DNA of 64,000 nucleotides from Pseudogymnoascus verrucosus (Eukaryota): the NCBI GenBank assembly GCA_001662655.1, contig KV460209.1; one strand, written 5' to 3'. The notes beneath the pieces were generated by a model. That model was not told the DNA's origin, made no database searches, and saw only the letters and a list, made by a program, of their open reading frames with translations. Each line of letters opens with the position of its first letter. The first letter of the stretch is position 1. The position numbers were made by a program, and so were the translations under genes. Of the stretch, positions 1 to 10,830 are shown piece by piece.

Positions 1-1520
1 AGCTCGTCCAAATTCCAAGTGGGGATCTCGTTGGGAACGACAATAGACTTCTCTTTGCTATCTTAGCAAATTTCCCAAGCTTCCTACATTCAATGGATCA
101 GGGCGTCATCGACCCCGCTATTGCGGCAAACGCGAGGATTTTAGCAGAGGTGGCGGATTCTCAAGCATGCGGCACGATTTCCGTGGCTCTGGGCAACTTC
201 GCAGCATCTAGGTATCGAACAAGCAAGGATTTCCTGTCTCAGCTTATTGCTGCTCTTCGGGATAATTTCTTCCCGAGGTGGAGCTTCCAGGCGCTTAAGT
301 TTCTGATGGGCTTCTTGACGAATAGCTTGCCTTGGTTCAAGGTTAATACGATGCGCATACTTTGCGTATTTATTCCAGAGATTGATATGCGCCTGCCAGA
401 GATTGCCTCGCATGGTCCAGATATGATATCGCCATTACTGAGACTGCTCCAGACCGAGTTCTGCACACAAGCACTGGAAGTCCTCGATTGCATCATGACA
501 ATGACAGGTACGCCAATGGACGACCACCATCTCCGAATGAGTATGGCCGGCGGAAGATCCTCAAAAGCAATCCGCAAAGAATACGAGCGAACCCAGAGTC
601 TCTTCGGCATCCCCGAAGACTCCGGCTGGTCCATCCCCATGCCGGCCAAGCACGCCGAAACCACGCGCTCCAACGTCCACGCCGCCTTCTACATGTGCCA
701 GAACGCCGAGAGTGCCGACCTCGAAGCCGCACCCAACGCAGACGTGGAATTCCACGTCGATGATTTCCAATACGGCTATTTCCCGCCCCAAGATCGCGCT
801 GATACCATGATGTCCGATGAGGTCCGCACGGATGGCAATATCGGTGACCTTGTCAATAAACTCGATAGTCTGGATGATTTCTTCGAAGATACACTCCAGA
901 GCCCCTCTAGCGACGGCCGTTCCTCGCGCACCGTCACTGAGTTTGGCGGGGAGTTCGAGTCGGGCGCTGAGTTATACGATGAGCAGACCCTGCCGATCCT
1001 AACCCAGTCACTCGGTCGCACATCGAGCACAACATCTTTCCAAAACGGATTCGCGGATATGCGCCCAGGACTAATGAGTCGCCAACCGAGTTTCAACTCC
1101 ATGAACCCCGGCGCATTCAGCAAGCAACCCACCTCCTCAAATCGTCGAAGCATGCACTCCCGCTCTGTGACCTCGCCCTCCGCGCCGTCCTCGCACCAGC
1201 CCGACTTCATGTCCGACGACGAGTACGCGGCTGAAGTGTTCTCGGACGGGGAAGAAGGGCGCGCGACGCCGGGGGAGGGGGGGTTCTTTCTGGAGAATAT
1301 GATTAGACCCCTCGCGCAGCAGACGAGGAGTGGGATGAGGAGGTTGACGGGGGGGAGGACGAGGGAGAGCGAGAGGTTGAGGGAGCAGGTTAGGATGGAG
1401 GCCAGGGGGATAACGGTCCCGAAGAGTCCGATGGTGCCGAAGGTGCCGAGGGAGTATTTGAGTCAGGCGAGGCAGGGGGGCCCGCAGGGGAAGGGGGCGG
1501 GGGGGGTGGAGGAGATTTAG
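1..1520 (+). CDS. TAO3: Cell morphogenesis protein Tao3/Pag1/Mor2 (RAM/MOR scaffold), 3' portion; gene begins before the window
   Basis: Frame is open from position 3 into ORF 93..1520. Segments 'LLRLLQTEFCTQALEVL', 'SLFGIPEDSGWSIPMPA..TRSNVHAAFY' and 'KLDSLDDFF' resemble the fungal Tao3/Pag1 C-terminal domain. Confidence 0.8.
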   Translation, partial: LVQIPSGDLVGNDNRLLFAILANFPSFLHSMDQGVIDPAIAANARILAEVADSQACGTISVALGNFAASRYRTSKDFLSQLIAALRDNFFPRWSFQALKFLMGFLTNSLPWFKVNTMRILCVFIPEIDMRLPEIASHGPDMISPLLRLLQTEFCTQALEVLDCIMTMTGTPMDDHHLRMSMAGGRSSKAIRKEYERTQSLFGIPEDSGWSIPMPAKHAETTRSNVHAAFYMCQNAESADLEAAPNADVEFHVDDFQYGYFPPQDRADTMMSDEVRTDGNIGDLVNKLDSLDDFFEDTLQSPSSDGRSSRTVTEFGGEFESGAELYDEQTLPILTQSLGRTSSTTSFQNGFADMRPGLMSRQPSFNSMNPGAFSKQPTSSNRRSMHSRSVTSPSAPSSHQPDFMSDDEYAAEVFSDGEEGRATPGEGGFFLENMIRPLAQQTRSGMRRLTGGRTRESERLREQVRMEARGITVPKSPMVPKVPREYLSQARQGGPQGKGAGGVEEI

Positions 1521-2048
1521 AGGGGGGTTTAATTCGGGATTTAGGTGATGGGGTGCAATGTTTGGATAGGGATACCATTTTGATATAAGAGTTTTTTTTG
1601 GTGTGGTTTGATGGGTTGGATGGGCGTTTTTGGATGTTTGATGGTCTACGAACCAGTGGGGGATGTTTTGGTTTGAAGATTTATCTGGTAACAATAGATA
1701 TTCTGATATATATACCTGATCATCGTCGTGCTCTCCACTTTCTACTCCATGGTGTGTAATTTCCCTGCTGAGGCAATGCTTGCTTTCCTCCCCTACTGCT
1801 AGCCTCTGCTGTGAATATAATCTCGCCATCGGTGGAGCGCGCGTTATAGGCCATCGGAGCCACAAGGTCAAGCATAAGTAGGCTTTGCAGAAAGCTTCAT
1901 ATGCAGATCATTGATTTCTATCCAGATCACGCTACGATGCATCCTGGTGGCTAGGAGAGAGCTGGAGGGCGCCGGGGTGGGTTCTAGAGGCCATTTGAGG
2001 GAGAATGGAGCATGGGAGCGAGTGAAGAAAAGAAGAACGTGGCTCTGG

Positions 2049-2215
2049 AGAGCGACAGCAGCACCGAGCGACAGCAGCATGGTGACAGGACACCAACACC
2101 GAGCGACAACAGCATATGACAAGATAGCAACAACGAGCGACGACAGCACCAAGTAACAGCAGCAGTGAACGACAGCAGCAGTGAGTGCTAGCAGCATTGG
2201 GTAGCAGTAGCATCG
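2049..2215 (+). repeat. Degenerate minisatellite built on (GAG)CGACA(G/A)CAGCA-like units
   Basis: Repeated gagcgacagcagca / gagcgacaacagca / gagcgacgacagca / aacgacagcagca units in intergenic DNA. Confidence 0.55.
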
Positions 2216-3184
2216 ACGCTATGATACGTAATGAAAAGAATCCTCGTCGACGAGCTTTCCACACACCTGTGCCGGGTATCACGCATCGTTTTATCTTTTC
2301 ACGCTTAGTTTCGATTTCAGCAAGTGTGTTGGTGGTCACTATGAGCAATATCGCAGTACCTCATATAGACTTGAAATCTTATAGAATCAAGGGACAACCC
2401 TGCTGCATTCACTGATAAGTTCTTTTTACCCCGGATTATGTTGCTGTGCCAGGGTCATCCAAGAGTGCTTTAACCACCCCGCTCTGACGGCACGAACGGT
2501 TAAGCAATGATCGTTTTGCTTGGCGGAGTTTATATATCCCCGATATGCAGGCACCTGGCAAGCCCCCAATCACTCGACTGTTCACAGATTGGGAAGGATA
2601 AATGCTCACTGCGCCTCCAGAATGTCAACGTCGGTCAGCAACGGGACAATTCACAGCCATCTTCAATATTTTTAATTATCCATTCACAAGCGAGTCCCTG
2701 CCGAGCCACTCTCTCGTTTTCGTCAATATATATTCATTTGTCCTACGGGTAATGCAGGGTGCCATTCGTGACCCCCGACAGGGCTGAAGATGATGCATCC
2801 TAGATTAAATCGTCTAGACTGGGTGAACATTGGCGAGGCAGCACAAGGGCTAAATACGAGCTGATATCAGGAGCATGCATTCTCATGTAAAGAGTTCATT
2901 TGGGCGGTACACTGCTTGCTGGATGAAGGCTGAGGATCAAGTTAATGTAGGTTCATTTCATATTTAGCCTTCAATATGTGGCCAGGCAGTGAGATGGCCA
3001 CCCCGCATGCCTCTTCGGAGGTATTTCACGGGAGGGAAGGTAATACCGTTTCTTCCAGATTGTTTATCCCCGCTTTCCTTCTTTAAATATGTTGTCTCTC
3101 CCATCTTCGAAGGTCTTTGCCGATCCATTTCTTAAACAGTTACTCACCTGTCTACTATCTGTGTATCATCGTACCAACCGCGAT

Positions 3185-3669
3185 ATGGCCAAGCTCTCTC
3201 TCCTCCTCCTGGCAGCAGGTCTAATCAGGTATATATCTCCCTCCCCCAATCTCTTCCCTTCACCAAACCACCCCACTAACACCCCCCCAGCACCACCCTC
3301 TCCCAATCCCTCCTCACCATCTCCCGCACCGCCATCCTCGACCCCCCCGCAACCTGCACACCCACCCCCACCACCATCCTCCACACCACAACCTACACCC
3401 TCCGCCACGCCACCATCACCAGCACAGTCACCTCTGTCTCCCAAGCCCCCCACAGCTGCTACACCGCCACCGAAGTAGCCAGCAAGGCATTCTGCCCGCT
3501 CTTCAACTCGGCGACATGCGGACCGCACCCGGATTGTATTGTTTTGAAGACGGAGACGGTGCCGTGTAAGGATGCGTGTTGTCAGACGACGCCGACGGTG
3601 ACGGTGGCGAGGTGTCCGACGTGTCAGACGGGGTGTGCGACGGCAGTGGAGACGGTGTCGTGTAAGTAG
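3185..3669 (+). CDS. Small secreted Thr/Cys-rich protein (140 aa, 12 Cys); exons 3185-3228 and 3291-3669
   Basis: ATG 3185 with signal-peptide-like MAKLSLLLLAAGLISTTLS. Intron 3229-3290 (GT..ACTAAC..CAG). Spliced frame is open to TAG at 3667-3669 and ends ...CKDACCQTTPTVTVARCPTCQTGCATAVETVSCK. Confidence 0.8.
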
Positions 3670-4173
3670 GCGGGGAGGAGGGGACGGGGGGGGGTTGCTG
3701 TTACGCTTTCGTAGGGTGCGTGGGCTTGGGATGGGAGGGATGTGGGATGAAGAGGAAGATATGTTTATATTAGGGTCACTGCTTCTGGTTTGTGATTTAT
3801 CTAAGAAAACAAATTACCGAAATTGCCTTTCCTATCGAGCATCATCCCTAGTCTTTCAGGATTTGATGGCGTCCGATATTGGAGTTGTGTGGTTTTATTA
3901 TAAAATTGAATATTAAAATAAAAAACAGATATGACAAATTGATTTGGTTTAAGTATGTGACAGTAATTTATCTAGCGACCAGAACGAGGTTTTAATGATT
4001 ACCTTTCTAAGCAAATGCATTCTATGATATTTAAAAAGAAATGATTGTTCACGATATGACAACGCTATCATGAAAAGCCTCATATTCGAATATTCTCGCT
4101 TATTTAATTAATCATCTCTCTCCCAACCACCAAACCTCCTTCATCTTTGCTGCTAATACCGAAAAATAATTAT

Positions 4174-4190
4174 AAAAAAATTGCAAAAAA
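4174..4190 (-). terminator. Probable Pol III oligo-dT terminator(s) of tRNA-Tyr
   Basis: T6 (4185-4190) and T7 (4174-4180) on the minus strand, about 40 nt downstream of the tRNA 3' end. Confidence 0.55.
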
Positions 4191-4230
4191 GAAGATCCGT
4201 AGACGAGTGTGCTCGTCTGAAGAGTTATAG

Positions 4231-4318
4231 TCCCTTCGCCCGGAATCGAACCGGGGGCCCCCGGATGATTTGCGTTACATTACAGTCCGATGCTCTAATC
4301 CAACTGAGCTACAAAGGG
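4231..4318 (-). tRNA. tRNA-Tyr (anticodon GUA) with 13-nt intron (4267-4279)
   Basis: Minus strand: acceptor stem CCCTTTG/CGAAGGG-A, D-arm TAGCTCAGTTGGATTAGAGC, anticodon arm TCGGA-CT-GTA-A[TGTAACGCAAATC]A-TCCGG, T-loop GGTTCGATTCC. Confidence 0.95.
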
Positions 4319-4704
4319 GAGTTTGTTAGTACTCGGCAGATTATCTAAGCTGATGTACCATCTTCACTTCCATTTTAACCACCACCAAATCTATAAACCA
4401 AACGGAACACGACTATCAAATTTGGCAGGAGCGACTTAGAGGGATTAACATATGCAGGAGTGAAAATGAGTAGGTCGCTCCTCCCCGAATTTTATACTTG
4501 ACAATGCGTACGTCGCTCCTTCCCGAATCCCATACTCGACAATACGTAGGTCGTTCCTTCCCAAATCCAACCCTCGTAGCAAACAGCAGGCGCGATCTTG
4601 CTAGCAACGAACCGCTCCTTCCCAGACATTTGCACCGCAATGCATTAACCGCTTTAAATATCCAACAAAATGACCTCACTACACTATCATACCTCCCTCC
4701 CTCT

Positions 4705-5718
4705 CTACAACTCCCCCCTCCCATCCTCCCCCCCAGCAACCAAATCCAACCACTCCGCCAACCTCACCCCCGCCCTCGCAACCTGCATCTCCACCTTCCC
4801 AATCGCCTGTTCATAATACTCCCCACTCAAATCCTTCCCCTGCAACTCCTCCCACCCCCCCTCCGGCACCACCACTTCACAAACCAGTCTATTACTCTCC
4901 TGCGCCCACCTCATCACCGAGTTCTCCACATCGCCCAGACTGATATCCTCTCTCCACTCATCGACGAGGGAGGAGTACACCCCGCCCTCGATGGAGGAGA
5001 GGAGGGTGCCGGCCCATGAGCGAGCGTGCGTGGGCGTGTACCCGCCGATTAGGTGCTCGGCGAGGGCGGAGTCCCAGACGGAATGCAGGTTGGAGTTGCG
5101 GGCGCCGAAGCGGACTTTTATGCCGTTGCCGCCGCGGAGGAGTCCTTCGGTGTGGAGGGGTTGGTGGATGTCGCCTATGAAGTGGACGACGAACTGGGGG
5201 GTGTTAGGTTGCGCTCGTAGTGCAGGGAAAAGGGGGATAAGGTGGGAGGGAGGGGGGAGGGGGTACCTTTGCGGCTATTGCGCGCTGGTAGGGATTGAGG
5301 TCCGCGTCCATAAGTCGTGATGTCTGGTGGGAGGGTTAGCTACTCAGTCCGTCCAGTGGCGACGGGGGCTACACACATAATTCCCAATCGCCGAAACGAT
5401 ACAAAACTCATCCGCGCAATCCCTCTCTATATCCAACCCACATTTCCACGGCGGACTATCATCCGCATCGATATAATGCAGATGCGCCGAGTACCTCCCA
5501 TCTTTCGTATACCGATACGAATCCGCCCAAGTGGCGATAGAGCCAAGATACCCTGGTGATGAAGGGTTGGATAGGATCTGCTGCATGTATACCGCCGTCC
5601 TAGGAGCGACGAGGTGCTCAGCGAGGTAGGCTACTGTCATGTGACCTAGCGACCCCCATGCGGAGACGGAGGGGAGGATGGGGAGGAGGAGGAGTGGGAG
5701 GGAGAGTGAGGGTTTCAT
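4705..5718 (-). CDS. Secreted S1/P1 family nuclease (~295 aa); exons 5718-5377, 5323-5267, 5193-4705
   Basis: Signal peptide then mature N-terminus WGSLGH. Motifs WADSYR, HYIDA, HFIGDIHQPLH, NLHSVWD and AGVRLAEWL. Two GT-AG introns with CTAAC branch points keep the frame. Confidence 0.93.
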
Positions 5719-6145
5719 TGTTGTAGCAGTGGTGGCGGTTGTTGCGCCGTAAAGGTAAGGGTAGTTTCAAATATATATGCAGAGGTAGATACGGAGGAAG
5801 AAAGATGGGAGATAGATATATTCAACAAAGAGACGTTAAGCGCCACTGGATCTGGTGCCTCGACCTGATGACCCGTTCGCGAGCACGGGAGTCACACACA
5901 GCGGCTGTGCCACGCCGTCGAGCGCCTGTTGTCTCACGGTAGCGTTGGCAGGGTGATGTAACACCTTTCCCTTCCCTAACACTCAGCCGCGTCGACAAGG
6001 CTGAAGTGCATAACAACACCCCTCCATCTTCACCACCACCACCACCCTCCCAATTCAATTCCACAACCTCACGTCTCCAACTACACACAAGGTCCTCCTC
6101 TTGCCACACCCGCCACGACGGGCACTCCAACAAAAAACACACACA

Positions 6146-7204
6146 ATGCCGCCATCCCCGTCTCTCTCCGGGCCTCCACAACCACCACCCTACCCCCTCT
6201 ACAACACAACCTACACCCTCCACCGCCTCTCCCCCCTCTACTCCTTCACCCTCTCCTCTCTCCCCTCCCACACCACAGCCCTCTCCGAGATCCTAACCGG
6301 GTCCACCCTCCGCGGCGTACGAATCGGTCTCGACACCACCGATGTCTCGCTTTCCCGCGCCGGCGCGTTGAGGGGTGTAAGTATGCGGCCACTACGGAAT
6401 CCTGATGGGTGGGCGGCGGTGCATGCTGCTGCTGAGCCGGATGATACTGGTATTGGGGGAGGAGGAGAAGATGGGGAAGTGGGGGAGGGGTGGGGTGTTA
6501 TAATCGAAATCACGTACGAGAAGGCAAATTACACCGCGCTTCTCCTGCGCGATATTCACAACTCCCCCGCCACTACCACCACCACCACGACAGAAAGGGA
6601 AGGGGGGTTTACGCACCTCCCCCTCCTACTAACCCGTCTCCCCCCGCCCCTACGCACGACCCTCCTCGATTTCTTAGCTACACGCTTCGATACACGCGCG
6701 TCGCCGATGCACCTGCCATCCGACTTCCTTCAAAAGGCGTTGGGTGGGTACATTGACGCCCTTGTGGCGGGGGGAGGGGATGTGAGGGGAGGGGTGAGGG
6801 AGGTTGTTATTAGTCTTGCTTTCCCCGCTGGCGGCGCTGGAGATGCTGGTGAAGGTGGTGGGGGGGAGTTGAAGAATATCGATATCACGATCTCGAGGGA
6901 TGATATTGTTAACTTCCTCGAGCGCGGACGGAACACCAGTACCACAACCACAACCAACACCCCCACCCCCCCCACCACCACGGAACACCACCCCTTCTGG
7001 ACAGCCCTGCACACCTACACAACAACACACCTCTCCCTCTCCCTCACCTCCCCCTCCGTTTCAGTCGTCAAAATCGCATGTGGTGCGTTTGTGATTGCTG
7101 CTGAGGGGAGGGTTAAGATATCTGCGCCTTCTGCGAGGGGAGAAAGGGAGGGGGCGGAGGGGGTGGTTGGGGCTTTAATAGCTTCAGCTGCGCGGATGGG
7201 CTGA
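6146..7204 (+). CDS. Kinetochore Sim4-complex subunit Fta1 / CENP-L family protein
   Basis: First ATG at 6146 within ORF 6101..7204. 'YPLYNTTYTLHRLSPLY', 'LPLLLTRLPPPLR..LLDFLATRFD' and 'KIACGAFV..EGRVKI' match fungal CENP-L proteins as I recall them. Confidence 0.75.
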   Translation: MPPSPSLSGPPQPPPYPLYNTTYTLHRLSPLYSFTLSSLPSHTTALSEILTGSTLRGVRIGLDTTDVSLSRAGALRGVSMRPLRNPDGWAAVHAAAEPDDTGIGGGGEDGEVGEGWGVIIEITYEKANYTALLLRDIHNSPATTTTTTTEREGGFTHLPLLLTRLPPPLRTTLLDFLATRFDTRASPMHLPSDFLQKALGGYIDALVAGGGDVRGGVREVVISLAFPAGGAGDAGEGGGGELKNIDITISRDDIVNFLERGRNTSTTTTTNTPTPPTTTEHHPFWTALHTYTTTHLSLSLTSPSVSVVKIACGAFVIAAEGRVKISAPSARGEREGAEGVVGALIASAARMG

Positions 7205-7699
7205 GGAGCGACGAGGGGAGGGAAGGAATTTACAATTACGAGCATGCGATGATGGATATGAGGGAAAGCTCGACAGACACGCAGCAGGGAGGGAGGCGAT
7301 AAAACCGTAGCGGGACGGAGAAGGACACGACCACCAAGCCCTGCCACGCACCGCCACGGCAAAAACCCCCCCCCCCAATTCTGCGCCGTGCGCTCGGGAA
7401 CACAGGGAAGGAAGATCGAGCGAGTACCGCGCCGCTAGTGAGATGAAAAGGCACAATGCATGCTGGGAGTTCAGCTCACCTCCCGCTCGACAATGCTCGT
7501 CCTCGAGACGGCGCTGCGCACCCACCGCACCCACAAGCGCACGCACGCCTCGGCACAGCGCGCGGTGCAGGGAGATGAAGAGCCTCGTTCGTCTCGCTAG
7601 CTGGGATTGGGATGTTAAGGATGGGATATGGGGGGGGGGTCGCGGCGGGGGTGGATACTGACATCGGAATGGTTTGGAAGACGGTGGTTGAGGCGGCAT
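7184..7699 (-). CDS. Possible orphan protein (171 aa, MPPQPPSSKPFRCQY...)
   Basis: Open frame from ATG 7699, with TATATA about 105 nt upstream on the minus strand. No recognisable domain. Overlaps the CENP-L stop region by 21 nt. Confidence 0.25.
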   Translation of the reverse strand: MPPQPPSSKPFRCQYPPPPRPPPHIPSLTSQSQLARRTRLFISLHRALCRGVRALVGAVGAQRRLEDEHCRAGGELNSQHALCLFISLAARYSLDLPSLCSRAHGAELGGGVFAVAVRGRAWWSCPSPSRYGFIASLPAACLSSFPSYPSSHARNCKFLPSPRRSSAHPRS

Positions 7700-8024
7700 T
7701 ATGATGTGGGATGCAAGTGTGTGATAGATGGTAGGTTTACAAAAAAAAAATTGAAGTGCGATTCCATACAAAATAACTATAACTGACTGACTAATATGAA
7801 CCGTATATAAGACGCCTATATGAACAACCATCCCTCCCCTCCCTCTCCCTGTCACACCCTAAACGTATGTATAAATACCCTCCTCTTTTCCTTCCTTTTT
7901 CCCTTTCTCTTATTTTCATCCCTTATCCCTCATTCTCATTTCTCTCATCGCAACTCCCCGCCTCCCTGCTATTACCAATTGTTTGCATGAGAGCGACAAA
8001 GCGACAAGGCCAACCAGGACCTAA

Positions 8025-10266
8025 TTATTTAGAGGTGTTGCTGGGGCCAAAGATACTCTGTACCACCTCACCCCCCCTGTGCGCGAGGATAGACAATAGC
8101 GTATCAGACAACTATCACACATACATGTTAGCCACCATCCATCTCCAAAAAAAAATGTGATGCAAAATACAAAAAGCATAACTTACCCCATGAGTCTTCT
8201 CATTACACCCCTGCAACCAAATCCCCGCTCCCTCCTCCACCGCGCCCTCGGCGTATTGTACTTTATAATCCCGACCCACTGGGAAGACGGCTGGTGCGCG
8301 TGCGACTTCGGCAGACACCTTCACCTCGTCCACCGACGCGGCGTTAGATTCTGGTTCTGGGGTGGTCTCCGTGGTGGTCTCAGCAGTGGTCTCAGTGGCG
8401 ATCTCAGTGGTGGTCGTGCTGGTCGTCTCCGCGACAGGTTCTTCAGCCGGAGCGGTCGTTACTGGGATACCTTCTGTCGCCGGAACTTCCTTTGTAGTCT
8501 CTGCTACAACAGCAGCAGCAGGAAGAGCTTGGGCAGGAGTAGCTACCGCCTCAGGAGTCTCAGTGACGGGAGTCTCGGTGACAGTCTCTGCAGTTACTGC
8601 TTCGGGAACAGCGACTGCCTCCACAGCTGTCTCGGGAACAGGCGCTGCAACAGCAGGAAGCTCTTCAACAGCCTCCTCGACAGCAGCAGGCGCCTCGACA
8701 GCAGCCACCTCTTCAACAACAGCTATCTCTTCAACAGCCTCCGCAACCGGTGCAGCCTCCTCAACAGCAGGCGCCCCAACAGTCTCAGCAACACCCCGCT
8801 CAGCCTCAAGCAACCCCCTCGTCCCATCCAAAATCCTCACATGCGCATCCCTCACATACCCCGTCGCAAACACCACCAGTCCCGCCTCAAGCACTTCCCT
8901 CTCCCCATTCTCCACCCCCGTCCTCGCCACCTCAAGTCTCACACCCTGTCCCTCCTCGCCAGCCAATCTCTGCACCCCCACCACCGTGCGGGAGTTAAGG
9001 ACTCTACACCTCCACTTCTCTTCACATGGTTCATCGACCTCCTGCGCGTATAGTTCCGAGTATATCCGCTCGAGGAGTTCAAGACGGACAACACCGTAGT
9101 TAGTCCCCTTATCCCTCTCCCTCTTCTCCATCCTCTCCTTGGCTGCCATCTCGAAAGTGGGAGTGACGCGGTCGGGGTCGAAGATCTCATTCACAAACGG
9201 ACTATCATCCGATGGTCTGAGGGAGGTGTCCTTCACCAACAGCGTGATCTTTGACTCCGGACAGCGGGTAGAGAGATCGACGTAGATCTCTGCGGCGGAT
9301 TGGCCACCGCCTATTACGACCAGGTGCTGTGGTGCGGGTGGAGAAAGGACGGTGATGGAGAGGTGGGGGATGGAGGTTGCGTATTGTGAGCTGTGGATGA
9401 AGCGCGCATCTGGCCCGGTGATGAAGGGTGCGAAGAGGGTTGGGACGGCTGGGCTTCCACCAGTGGCTACCACGATGTTGCGCGCTGTCGCTGACCCTGG
9501 AGCGCCAGTGGCGGTATCGACCCAGTGGACGTTGAATCTGTCAACCTTGCCGGTTTCCGAGTTGTGCACAGCATCCACCCTCGTAATCTCCGTCCCATAT
9601 CTGACCGCGCGGCTGAAATGACTAGCACACCAACGCATGTAATCCTCATACTCCCTCCTCGCCGGCAAGAAAGTCCCCAGATTAATAAACTTCTGCAACC
9701 TTCCCTTGGTGAACAGGTAATTCAAAAAGCTAAACGGGCTCGTAGGATCGCGGGGCGTAGCGAGGTCTTTGAGGAAGGAAATCTGCATGTGTGTCCCCGC
9801 GAGCTGCATGCCGGAGTGCCAGGCGAACTGGGGTTGCTTTTCGAGGAAGAGGACGGGGGGGGAGGGGGAGGAGGGAGAGGAGGAGAGGTGGTCGGAGAGG
9901 GCGATTGCGATGGCGAGGGAGGCGGGGCCGAAGCCGATTGTGAGGAGGCTGAGGGGGGTGGTGGGGGAGGTGGTGGAGGGGGAGAGGAGGGAGGCGTGGG
10001 TTAGGGAGGTTAGGGGCGTGTTGGGGGGTGTGGTGGAGGGGGTGGTGGTGGCAGTTTGATGAGAGTGAACTGGGGGGAGGTGTTAGTGGGAGTCTTTTTT
10101 AATGAGGGATAGCGGGAGGATAGGGGATTGGGGATGAGGGACAGGGGATTGGAATAGAGGACATACCATCGCTGCTGTTGTCACCGACGGAGCTGGTTGG
10201 TGTGGATTGGCCGGGTGAAAAGAGACTCTCGGTGCTCCGGGACCTGGAGGGAGGGATGTTGGCCAT
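8025..10266 (-). CDS. sidA: L-ornithine N5-monooxygenase (siderophore biosynthesis), ~689 aa; exons 10266-10167, 10069-8187, 8111-8025
   Basis: FAD motif IGFGPASLAIA, FAWHSGMQL..MQISFLKDLAT, HSSQY, NADPH motif VIGGGQSAAE, DDSPFVNEIFDP, ATGY, and C-terminal GCNEKTHG|LSDTLLSILA. Introns GTATGT..CAG and GTAAGT..TAG restore the frame. Confidence 0.95.
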
Positions 10267-10830
10267 GTGTTTTGGTATGGCGCGTTGAGTGGTGGTTCCT
10301 GGGATTTGTTAGTTAGAGTATGCATGCGGGGTGTGGTTTTTCTGATATTGGGTGTGGGAGTGCTGAGAGAGGGGTGAGGGGGAAGGAGTGGAGGGGTGGT
10401 TAAAGGGTAGGTGTGACGGAAGTGTGGATGAGAAATACATGATGCAGGGCGAGAGTGATAGTGAGAGTGAGAGCGCGAGTAAGGGTAAGTGACGGAGAGG
10501 GTGTGAAGCAGCTCGGCGGCAGTGAAGAAGAGGGTGTGTGCAACGCGGCAAGTGAGAAATCAGTGTGATAGGCCTCACATACAAAAGTAAGACTCACCAA
10601 AAAAGCTGGATAGGTAAACCGTCAACCCGGGATTGAGTATAAAAGTATAAGAATACACGAGTCAAGCTGCCGAGAGAATCAACCACGTAAAAGGTTTGAC
10701 GTGACAAGGTCAGGGCGTGAAGGGCGTGTCAGGAGTTTAAATAAATAAATTTCGAATATCGGAATTTCGCTGTGAGGAGTTCCCGAGGGAATGGATGCAG
10801 TAGAAGGGGGAAGGGGGGGGGATAGATAAA

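Noticed and set aside
3089..3478. Pro-rich extensin-like ORF
   Set aside because: It is intron read-through in the wrong frame of the spliced Cys-rich gene 3185-3669.
3760..4200. AT-rich tract as a RIP-degraded transposon
   Set aside because: Short, with no terminal repeats or transposase traces. Compatible with 3'UTR and tRNA flank.
8157..9099. Long antisense ORFs opposite sidA, and similar ones opposite the NRPS, ATP25 and GYF genes
   Set aside because: Shadow ORFs caused by codon bias and repeats.
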